From an uncultured Gammaproteobacteria bacterium (GTDB taxonomy: Bacteria; Patescibacteriota; Patescibacteriia; Magasanikbacterales; GWA2-37-8), in contig CAYUBH010000001.1 in assembly GCA_964442985.1 (NCBI GenBank), positions 7,311 to 44,979 on the forward strand: DNA of 37,669 nucleotides, in the 5' to 3' direction. Positions 16,998-23,612 of this stretch are shown one piece after another. The stretch's first letter is position 1. Every line of letters starts with the position of its first letter. The notes under the pieces were generated by a model. The model ran no database searches. It had not been told where the DNA came from and saw only the letters and a program-made list of their open reading frames with translations. The translations under genes were made by a program, and so were the position numbers.

Positions 16998-18988
16998 AAA
17001 TATACCACTAAAAATAACATAGCCAGCGCGCTATAAATAAGCATTTTTTTCGAGCCGGCATCAACAGCGACTGTTCCTTGATCCACCGCCAGCGGATACC
17101 GTTTTTCTTTGGTCAGGAGCATAAACACACCCTGCTCTTCGGACACCACAAACCCCGAGCGAATTTCACCAAACAACCGGGTAACCGATTCATCCACTTC
17201 GCCCACTCCTGGGACAGCGTGATGCCGTCCATACGATGATAGCGCTTCTTCAATCTTTTTGGCAACACCTACCGCTGTTTCCGCCTCTTTGAGCGCCAAG
17301 GAATGCTGTTTGTAGAGCTCTTCTTCGGTGTAGGTGGCAGATTTCGCCCGCTCTACCTCACTCGCCACCACCCGAGCCCCAGTGGCCGAGCGAAGACCAA
17401 ACAAGAAGTCGGAAGTAACCACCTCAGACGGCAAAGCTAAAGTAATTTCGTCGCCACCAATCAAAAGTGGGATAGACGACCGCTGAAGTGCCTCTTCACA
17501 AAACAAACGAACATTTTCACGAATAGTTCGTAGTCGCGAGGTCATTTCATCACCAGCCGAGAGTGATTCAAAAAACAACGTAGTATCTTTTTGATCTTCG
17601 GGCGCTTTGGCAATTTTTTGAAACGACTGCTCATAGCTCAAAAGCAAATCCACCCCAACATCGAGCACGTCAATACAGATATAGGTACACTGCGGTGTAG
17701 CCAGCGCCTCACGATGAAACACTGCTGGCGACGTACACGAAGCATCTTTTTGATCACGACGCAAAATTTCACCGGCCATTTTGAGAGTTTTTTTGTCAGC
17801 TGGAAAAAAAGTGTTGCGTAAATCATCAACAGTATGCATTTCCTGATCAAGCAAACGACTCACATACACTCCCGGAGCGCCTTCTTCTACCGGATGCCCA
17901 GAAATTTCTCCATGAGTGAAAGGTTTGACGACATCCAAAATATTAATTCGCTGACGATAGGTATCAAGCAAAGCGATTATTTTCTTGTCATGCTCGCCTT
18001 TTGGCTGAAACGTTCCTTTGCGAAGCAGGCGAAGCAAGTCACGGTTGAGTTGGTACGTTTTAGTCACTTGGTCAAAGAAGAAAATAACATGCGGACCCAA
18101 GTGTTTATCCACCACTACTTCACCGAGCGAACGAATTTCTTCGCGCAATTGTTCTGTTTCATCCACCACTGCCAAAATATCCTGCGACTGGTAGGCGCGT
18201 CCATACTCTTGCCCGCGGTTTTTTTGGGCCACTTTGGCCGCTTGCAAACTTTGAAGCACCGTTAATTCGATATGCGAATAATCTCGCACACCGTAATACG
18301 GGTCGCCCACCTCACTCATCCCAAACGACAGTTTGTAGCCACTCTCTCGCGTACGCTCTTCAAATTTTTTGAGAAATTCCGTGGATTGTCCTTTTTTGGC
18401 GAGTTCAGATCGTCGAGCGCGAATCTTTTCGGCCACAAACGTATCCATTGCCGCTCGGACGGTTTCACAAATCTGGGTCAAAATCTCTGGTGTTGCTTCG
18501 TTGGCTTTAAAAATACCCGTTTTATAATCTTGGCGGAGCGGTTCAAACCCATACGACAACATCACCTCACGAAGCACGGTCTTTTGGTGCTCAATAATGT
18601 CGTCGGTGCCTTGCGGACCAAAAATATCATCGTTGAGGTGTTTAATAGAAAACTCGGCCCCTGGCACCAAAAAAGTCACCAGTTGGTCACCAGTTTCAAG
18701 ATGAGCGAACAGCGTATTCCAACCACGCCCATCAATCATCGCCGCTGCTTTGAGGCGCTGCTCATCAGACACTGTTTCGCCGGCTTCAAAGATATCTATC
18801 AAATTACCCACTTCCAAATGGCGTTTGAGGCGTTGCACGGTGAGATCAAGCTCAAAATCTTTTTCAGGGGTATGCGAAACAGGCGTCTCAAAGAACGCCT
18901 GGGGAATTTTTTCCATTTCAGCCATTGGTCGGTGAAATTTTTCGGACATATAACACCCATAGTATACCATTTTTGGCGTGGGCATCAA
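16988..18988 (-). CDS. Large uncharacterised protein with GGDEF-like palm signature (GGDE intact), a degenerate second half-motif and a C-terminal TM anchor
   Basis: aa 436-585: ICIDVLDVGVDLL...SAGDEMTSRL...LLIGGDEITLALP...LKEAETAVGVAKK. aa 111-134: AEFSIKHLNDDIFGPQGTDDIIEH. Tail is MLIYSALAMLFLVVYLW. Start is uncertain: TTG 18988, ATG 18985/18970, or ATG 18949 if the internal promoter (TTGATG 18983-18988, TGGTATACT 18961-18969) is real. Confidence 0.7.
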   Translation of the reverse strand: MMPTPKMVYYGCYMSEKFHRPMAEMEKIPQAFFETPVSHTPEKDFELDLTVQRLKRHLEVGNLIDIFEAGETVSDEQRLKAAAMIDGRGWNTLFAHLETGDQLVTFLVPGAEFSIKHLNDDIFGPQGTDDIIEHQKTVLREVMLSYGFEPLRQDYKTGIFKANEATPEILTQICETVRAAMDTFVAEKIRARRSELAKKGQSTEFLKKFEERTRESGYKLSFGMSEVGDPYYGVRDYSHIELTVLQSLQAAKVAQKNRGQEYGRAYQSQDILAVVDETEQLREEIRSLGEVVVDKHLGPHVIFFFDQVTKTYQLNRDLLRLLRKGTFQPKGEHDKKIIALLDTYRQRINILDVVKPFTHGEISGHPVEEGAPGVYVSRLLDQEMHTVDDLRNTFFPADKKTLKMAGEILRRDQKDASCTSPAVFHREALATPQCTYICIDVLDVGVDLLLSYEQSFQKIAKAPEDQKDTTLFFESLSAGDEMTSRLRTIRENVRLFCEEALQRSSIPLLIGGDEITLALPSEVVTSDFLFGLRSATGARVVASEVERAKSATYTEEELYKQHSLALKEAETAVGVAKKIEEALSSYGRHHAVPGVGEVDESVTRLFGEIRSGFVVSEEQGVFMLLTKEKRYPLAVDQGTVAVDAGSKKMLIYSALAMLFLVVYLWN

Positions 18989-18998
18989 AGTACTTTAT

Positions 18999-21900
18999 TT
19001 ACTCAGAGGCCAAAAGTTGAAGAAGTAATTTTTGCGTACGCAACGCAACAACACCAGTTGCACGCTTGAGACCAAGCGGAGTTAATAATTCTTTCTTGTA
19101 TTTCTCTTGAAACCGTTTCACAGCAGCCTCCGTAGCTATACCAAATAAATTAGTTTCATTCCCAATCGACCCAGGACCATTTTTTGCAATAATAAACCCG
19201 AGACTGTTAAGAGCACGCTGAAGAGCCAGAACATCTAAACCGCGCAAACCTCGTTTAAGCGAGCGAGTAAACGCCAAAAATATCTTAGGGGTGGTCGTTG
19301 CCACAGACACAACAGTTGTCGGAGTGGTCGTCGCTTGCTCAACAACAGTATCCAACGTCGAAGATACTGCGCTCGGCAGCGTCGACGATGCTATTACTAA
19401 AGGTGCGGTCGAGGTCGTATCAAAATTAGGAGAAGATACTAGCGCAGGCGAGGACCCGCCATATACCGGTGTAGGCTGGGTAGTAGCAGCATCATTGTCA
19501 GAAATAGTGACAGTCACCGTAGACGAAGCACTATACGGGACAAGAGCGCCAGCAAAGTTAGAGATGGAAAAAACGGCTGTTTCTGAGCTTTCACTGGTCG
19601 AATCGTCAGTCAAAGCAAACTGCACCGAAGTAGTAGTCGAACCAGCAGCAATAGTCGCTGTTGCCGCAGTGTAAATAAAATCACTACCTGACGAAGCAGT
19701 ACCACCGGTAACACTCACATAGACATCAACCGGGTCGGTGGAGGTGGCGTTAATACCAACAACCAACGTGGTTGTTCCGCCAGCCTCAGAAACAGTTTGA
19801 TCAGCTGTAAGAAACGACAGAAGACTCGCATCAAACTCTACCAAACCATCTGCTAAACGATTAGAGATGGTAGAACAAAAAGCACCACATGAGGCCACCA
19901 AACGAAACTTATTAAAACCATACACACCATTCGGGGCGGACGCTCGAGCTGGTGGTGCCCAATTTTGCAACGTACCAGTCGAAATATTAATTGCCACAAA
20001 CCGATCTCGAGTGGAGCTGTTGACCATAGTAAAGCTACCCGAGGCAAAAAGTGTATTTGTTGTGATAAAAAAAGTTTCAACAGTGCTATTAGCATTCGGA
20101 TTCCAGTGTGTTGCCACACCATTAATATCGATTGCTGCCAAACGATTACGTGAAGTACTCGTATTAACAGTTGTAAAGGAGCCTGAGATAAATAAACTTG
20201 ACGTTGTCATCGTTGGATCAAACTGCATCCATTCAATAGTACTACCAATGTTCGGATCAAAGTGGGTCAAAACACCATTACGATCGAAGGCCGCCATACG
20301 GTTACGTGTTTGACCAGCTGCTTTAGTAAAGCTCCCACCAATAAAAATACTACTTGTAGCGCCTGTCTTATCAAATGCTATAAAGCTAACTGTACTACTC
20401 GCCCCCATCGGGTTCCAGTCACCAATCAAAACACCATTAGTATCAACAGCGGCCAAACGATTACGAGTTGAGCTATTAATATCGACAAAATCACCGCCAA
20501 TAAACAATGAGCTCGTCGCCCCTGTTGGATCACCAGCAATAACACTCACTGCCGCATTTGACCCAGGATTCCAGGCGAGCACATTGCCACTTCTGTCAAG
20601 TGCTGCCAAATTATTACGTGGCGTACCATTTACCGCCTGAAAAGTACCACCAATATACACCGCGTCAGTATTTTTATCGTAATAAACAGCGTTGACATCA
20701 CCACCACCAAGAGTATTAGAAAGCGAGCTTGATACCCGAGGAAAACCGAAGGTCATATTTAAACCCCCGTCTGGATTCATACTATACAAATCGTATGCTC
20801 GATACGCGTTTTCATAAAGATCATAGGCAGCAACAAATATTTGACCACCGGAAATTGCAAAATCATTAACCTGAACAACCACGGGGATCTGAAAACTCGT
20901 AAAATCACCGTTATAATCAACTCCTGCCATATACAAACGATCAATCGCTCCAGTCGCATTTGTCGAAGTTACCTTATAAAAATTACCACTCATATAGACC
21001 GTCGACGACATCACCATAATGTCGCTCGCACTTGAATTAAACATAGGTCGCCACGAGGTGACCAGATTACCACTGCGATCAATCGCCACCGCCCGACTCA
21101 TCGTTGTTGAGGGAACAGAGTTGGTAGAACTCACAATAGTAAACGACCCGCCAATAAAAAGAGACGAGGTATTGCCTTGAGCATCAAACGCCATTTCACT
21201 CACGGTGTTATCAAAGCTCGGCGACCAATCACCAATTAACGAACCGTTCCGATCGTAAGCAGCCAAACGATTACGGGTATAATTTGTCGTTGACGATGCA
21301 GTGGTGGTGGTGAAGGCACCACCAACAAAAATACTAGAGGTAACCGACGTTGGGTCAAAGGCAATAGCACTTACCGTATTATTAACATCAGGATTCCAGC
21401 TAGTCAGGGCTCCATTTGGATCCCAAGCAGCGACTCGACGACGAGTTATATTACCAGTTGTTGTTGTAAATGCTCCACCAACAAAAATTGTCGTTGTAGC
21501 CCCAGTCGGGTCAAGCGTGATAACAGAAACACTATTATTAACATCAGGATTCCAAGCAAGAAGAGCTCCGGTGGTTGCGTTAAGCGCCGCCAAACGATTC
21601 CGCGGTGTACCATTCACCATTACAAATGACCCACCAATATACAATGTGGATGTGCGCAGAGCCATAGCGTTAATAGTTGTCGTAATAACAGTGGTAAACG
21701 ACGAATCAACTGAGCCGTCTGACAAGATGTGAAAAAGAAGGGTCGTCGCCGGAACTTCATTGATAGTTGAGGTTGACCCACCGGCAACATACCACCCGCC
21801 AGCGTTATCAGAAATTACCACCGAAGCACTCAGAGGAATACGTGGATAATTCGCATACGCAGGAGCTCCAGTTGTGAGATTAAAAACTCTACCACCAGTC

Positions 21901-22130
21901 GAACCAAGCGTACTTGTCCCTGCTGTCTCAAACGAATTACCAGACCACCAACTTGTTCCATCCGGAGCAAAGGTGGCGTTAGCTACCGCACCATTATTAG
22001 TAGCCGTTTCACCAATTCGGATAACATCCCGAATTGCTAGCGCTGAACCAGAAAAAAACCAAGAAAAGACAAAAAAGAGGAGAAAGGATGCAAAAAAAGG
22101 CATTACACCGGAGAAAAAACGACGAAACAT
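18999..22130 (-). CDS. Giant secreted cell-wall-associated protein (about 1043 aa): beta-propeller repeats (DUF5122/delta-60-like), Calx-beta-like domain, Thr-rich linker, PG-binding domain
   Basis: Signal peptide MFRRFFSGVMPFFASFLLFFVFSWFFSGSALA from ATG 22128-22130; the ORF-track start at 22151 is GTG. Repeats of NRLAAxDxxGxLxxWNPxxNxxVxxIAFDPTGxxSSIFIGGxFT. Confidence 0.85.
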   Translation of the reverse strand: MFRRFFSGVMPFFASFLLFFVFSWFFSGSALAIRDVIRIGETATNNGAVANATFAPDGTSWWSGNSFETAGTSTLGSTGGRVFNLTTGAPAYANYPRIPLSASVVISDNAGGWYVAGGSTSTINEVPATTLLFHILSDGSVDSSFTTVITTTINAMALRTSTLYIGGSFVMVNGTPRNRLAALNATTGALLAWNPDVNNSVSVITLDPTGATTTIFVGGAFTTTTGNITRRRVAAWDPNGALTSWNPDVNNTVSAIAFDPTSVTSSIFVGGAFTTTTASSTTNYTRNRLAAYDRNGSLIGDWSPSFDNTVSEMAFDAQGNTSSLFIGGSFTIVSSTNSVPSTTMSRAVAIDRSGNLVTSWRPMFNSSASDIMVMSSTVYMSGNFYKVTSTNATGAIDRLYMAGVDYNGDFTSFQIPVVVQVNDFAISGGQIFVAAYDLYENAYRAYDLYSMNPDGGLNMTFGFPRVSSSLSNTLGGGDVNAVYYDKNTDAVYIGGTFQAVNGTPRNNLAALDRSGNVLAWNPGSNAAVSVIAGDPTGATSSLFIGGDFVDINSSTRNRLAAVDTNGVLIGDWNPMGASSTVSFIAFDKTGATSSIFIGGSFTKAAGQTRNRMAAFDRNGVLTHFDPNIGSTIEWMQFDPTMTTSSLFISGSFTTVNTSTSRNRLAAIDINGVATHWNPNANSTVETFFITTNTLFASGSFTMVNSSTRDRFVAINISTGTLQNWAPPARASAPNGVYGFNKFRLVASCGAFCSTISNRLADGLVEFDASLLSFLTADQTVSEAGGTTTLVVGINATSTDPVDVYVSVTGGTASSGSDFIYTAATATIAAGSTTTSVQFALTDDSTSESSETAVFSISNFAGALVPYSASSTVTVTISDNDAATTQPTPVYGGSSPALVSSPNFDTTSTAPLVIASSTLPSAVSSTLDTVVEQATTTPTTVVSVATTTPKIFLAFTRSLKRGLRGLDVLALQRALNSLGFIIAKNGPGSIGNETNLFGIATEAAVKRFQEKYKKELLTPLGLKRATGVVALRTQKLLLQLLASE
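19002..19259 (-). other. PG_binding_1-like peptidoglycan-binding domain (C-terminus of the second giant protein)
   Basis: GLRGLDVLALQRALNSLGFIIAKNGPGSIGNETNLFGIATEAAVKRFQEKYKKELLTPLGL, parallel to 5167-5427. Confidence 0.7.
19497..19829 (-). other. Calx-beta-like domain
   Basis: FLTADQTVSEAGGTTTLVVGINATSTDPVDVYVSVTGGTASSGSDFIYTAATATIAAGSTTTSVQFALTDDSTSESSETAVFSISN fits the pattern (E..G...v.V.R.G......V.y.T.dGTA..G.DY.......F..Ge....i.i.i.dD...E..E.F). Confidence 0.55.
19947..21734 (-). repeat. Coding tandem repeat: about 12 beta-propeller blades of about 50 aa
   Basis: Examples: RNRLAALNATTGALLAWNPDVNNSVSVITLDPTGATTTIFVGGAFTT; RRRVAAWDPNGALTSWNPDVNNTVSAIAFDPTSVTSSIFVGGAFTT; RNRLAAVDTNGVLIGDWNPMGASSTVSFIAFDKTGATSSIFIGGSFT. 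Confidence 0.6.
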
Positions 22131-22196
22131 AACAAAAAAATTACAATACACAGAAATTATAGTATACCATAAAAATGGTATAAAAGAAGTAAACTG

Positions 22197-22225
22197 TTGA
22201 TAAAATCAGCAAACTGTGCTAGACT
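22197..22225 (+). promoter_or_regulatory. Promoter of the high-GC 126-aa ORF
   Basis: TTGATA (22197-22202), 17-nt spacer ending in TGC, then TAGACT (22220-22225). AAGGAG (22255-22260) lies 6 nt before the ATG at 22267. Confidence 0.5.
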
Positions 22226-22266
22226 CTCGGTAGTTTTACAAGCCCTCCCACCACAAGGAGACTCCC

Positions 22267-22647
22267 ATGAGTCATAAGAAGGAACGGAAAAGTATCACCG
22301 AACTTGTCGGGCAGGATCTGAGCGGGTACCAGCTTCTCGAGGCAACAACGCTCGAAATCGTCCCGTCGGGCAGCCAGATGCCGCCGCTTCGCCTGTTTAC
22401 CAGCAAGGGCGGAGAGCTGGTCTGGTGCACCGACACGAAAGTGCTCGATGACATCGAGCGGAGCTTCGGCTACAAGACACCCCTGCTTCGCCCCACGCGC
22501 CTGCTCCTGGTCAACGTTCGTGACAACTACGGCTTCCCCGTGGATTGCCCGCGCGACGACCTCGGCCGTGCCGTGTCGATCATGACCCGCGAGGTCTTCA
22601 GCGACCTCACGGCAGGAACCAGCAAGAACACTTTCTGCTTCAGGTGA
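22267..22647 (+). CDS. Hypothetical 126-aa protein with foreign (high GC3) composition
   Basis: ATG with the strongest SD I noticed in the window. About 100 of 126 codons end in G/C by hand count, against about 27 of the first 56 in tsaE. No family recognised. Confidence 0.55.
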   Translation: MSHKKERKSITELVGQDLSGYQLLEATTLEIVPSGSQMPPLRLFTSKGGELVWCTDTKVLDDIERSFGYKTPLLRPTRLLLVNVRDNYGFPVDCPRDDLGRAVSIMTREVFSDLTAGTSKNTFCFR

Positions 22648-22693
22648 TTCGTGAGCCAGCAACCTTGTTTGGCGAGACCGTGGGCACCCAACT

Positions 22694-22747
22694 CCACCTG
22701 CGATCTCGTTATACCCATAATCATTTGTAGGTATAACGAGCAGGTGG
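22694..22747 (+). repeat. Long imperfect inverted repeat (18-bp stem with a 4-nt GATC bulge and a 14-nt AT-rich loop)
   Basis: CCACCTGC[GATC]TCGTTATACC-CATAATCATTTGTA-GGTATAACGAGCAGGTGG, between the ORF stop and the terminator. Confidence 0.6.
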
Positions 22748-22783
22748 AAAAAAAGACACTCTGATGAAGAGTGTCTTTTTTGT
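22748..22783. terminator. Bidirectional rho-independent terminator
   Basis: AAAAAAAGACACTC-TGATGAA-GAGTGTCTTTTTTG: 9-bp stem flanked by an A-run and a T-run. Confidence 0.7.
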
Positions 22784-22932
22784 TGTAGCCCGTACGAGAA
22801 CCTTGCTACGCAAGGAATCTCACTCGCTCACTTCGTTCGCTCTCACGAAAACCTTCGGGTTTTCGTGGACTTTCCTCCACAAGAGAAACCTACTGGTTTC
22901 TCCCTTCCCCGTTCGATTCCCTCGGACAGAGT
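22784..22932 (-). ncRNA. Unclassified structured element bounded by tRNA-Glu-derived repeats (candidate ncRNA, decayed tRNA copy or att-site scar)
   Basis: A 13-nt direct repeat TGTAGCCCGTACG (22784-22796 = 22971-22983). An antisense T-arm copy (22911-22921 is the reverse complement of 22983-22993). Consecutive hairpins: GAGAAACC/GGTTTCTC, CACGAAAACC/GGTTTTCGTG and CCTTGC/GCAAGG. No credible ORF. Confidence 0.3.
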
Positions 22933-22972
22933 ACAAACAACAACACCGCCATTTTGGCGGTGTTGTTGTTTG
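22933..22972 (-). terminator. Perfect 18-bp hairpin abutting the tRNA-Glu 3' end
   Basis: ACAAACAACAACACCGCC-ATTTT-GGCGGTGTTGTTGTTTGT. Confidence 0.6.
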
Positions 22973-23044
22973 TAGCCCGTACGGGAATCGAACCCGTATT
23001 TATACCGTGAGAGGGTACTGTCCTAGCCATTAGACGAACGGGCC
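22973..23044 (-). tRNA. tRNA-Glu (anticodon CUC); CCA not encoded
   Basis: Minus strand reads GGCCCGT-TC-GTCT-AATGGCT-AGGAC-A-GTACC-CTCTCAC-GGTAT-AAAT-ACGGG-TTCGATT-CCCGT-ACGGGCT-A. 72 nt, with a G1-U72 wobble. Confidence 0.9.
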
Positions 23045-23090
23045 ATAGAATCTATAGCGAAGCCTAGTTTAGCAACAAAAAGCCCTCTGG

Positions 23091-23609
23091 TCAAGGTCGG
23101 TTGTCGTCCGCTCGGTAGACAAAAATCCCCTGATCTTTAGCATGAAGCTTGGCTCCCGGGATAGCAAAGGTATACGACACCAACAGTGACCCCGGCTTCA
23201 TCGCCTGAAAAAGCTGTGGCGCTAAGCGCTCCATCGGCCCCGGAAACAGAAAGGTAAAAATAACGTCCGCCTCCCCAACCTTGGCTGAATAAATAGACGC
23301 TCGACGCGCTGTCACTCGCCCGCTTAAACCTCGCACCTTGGCAACCAATCGCGTCCACCACACCAAAAAAGGATTGAGCTCATACCCCTCGGCCACCGCC
23401 CCACGACGCGCTGCCAAAAAAAGTAGTCTCCCCGCCCCCGAGCCAAGGTCAATCACTCGCGACCCTCTGCCCACTCCCCCGAGCTCCATCATTTTCATCG
23501 CTTGGCGCCGGTGCGTGGGCAAAAACGGCACCCCGATGCAGACAGAAATAACCGAAACCGTCATGAGGATAATCACGACGGCCGAAAAAAGATACAAAAA
23601 AGTAAACAT
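23091..23609 (-). CDS. Class I SAM-dependent methyltransferase with N-terminal TM helix
   Basis: Motif I VIDLGSGAGRLLFLAARRG, 172 aa, and a hydrophobic N-terminus FLYLFSAVVIILMTVSVISVCIG. Confidence 0.65.
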   Translation of the reverse strand: MFTFLYLFSAVVIILMTVSVISVCIGVPFLPTHRRQAMKMMELGGVGRGSRVIDLGSGAGRLLFLAARRGAVAEGYELNPFLVWWTRLVAKVRGLSGRVTARRASIYSAKVGEADVIFTFLFPGPMERLAPQLFQAMKPGSLLVSYTFAIPGAKLHAKDQGIFVYRADDNRP

Positions 23610-23612
23610 ACC

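Noticed and set aside
22219-22662. 147-aa minus-strand ORF mirroring the 126-aa plus-strand ORF
   Set aside because: It starts with TTG and has no SD. High-GC sequence keeps antisense frames open. The plus frame has the promoter, the AAGGAG SD and strong third-position G/C bias, so it is the coding frame.
22761-22768. CUGAUGA (hammerhead core-like) sequence
   Set aside because: It is merely the 7-nt loop of the terminator hairpin. No stem II/III or GAAA core partner is present.
22683-22790. Integron attC-like reading of the bulged hairpin (ACCCAAC fits RYYYAAC; extrahelical bases)
   Set aside because: There is no matching GTTRRRY partner (only GTTGTAG beyond an intervening terminator) and no intI or cassette array. 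The cassette carries its own promoter, unlike typical integron cassettes.
22865-22878. GGAGGAAAGTCC on the minus strand, resembling the universally conserved RNase P RNA P4/CR-I motif
   Set aside because: The flanks lack the other conserved RNase P regions (no AGGGUGAAA-type CR-II, no ACAGAAcccGGCUUA partner strand). The whole block is only about 150 nt, and the motif simply forms a local GTGGA/TCCAC hairpin.
22764-23033. 89-aa plus-strand ORF
   Set aside because: It spans two terminator hairpins, the structured block and most of tRNA-Glu. It is not a gene.
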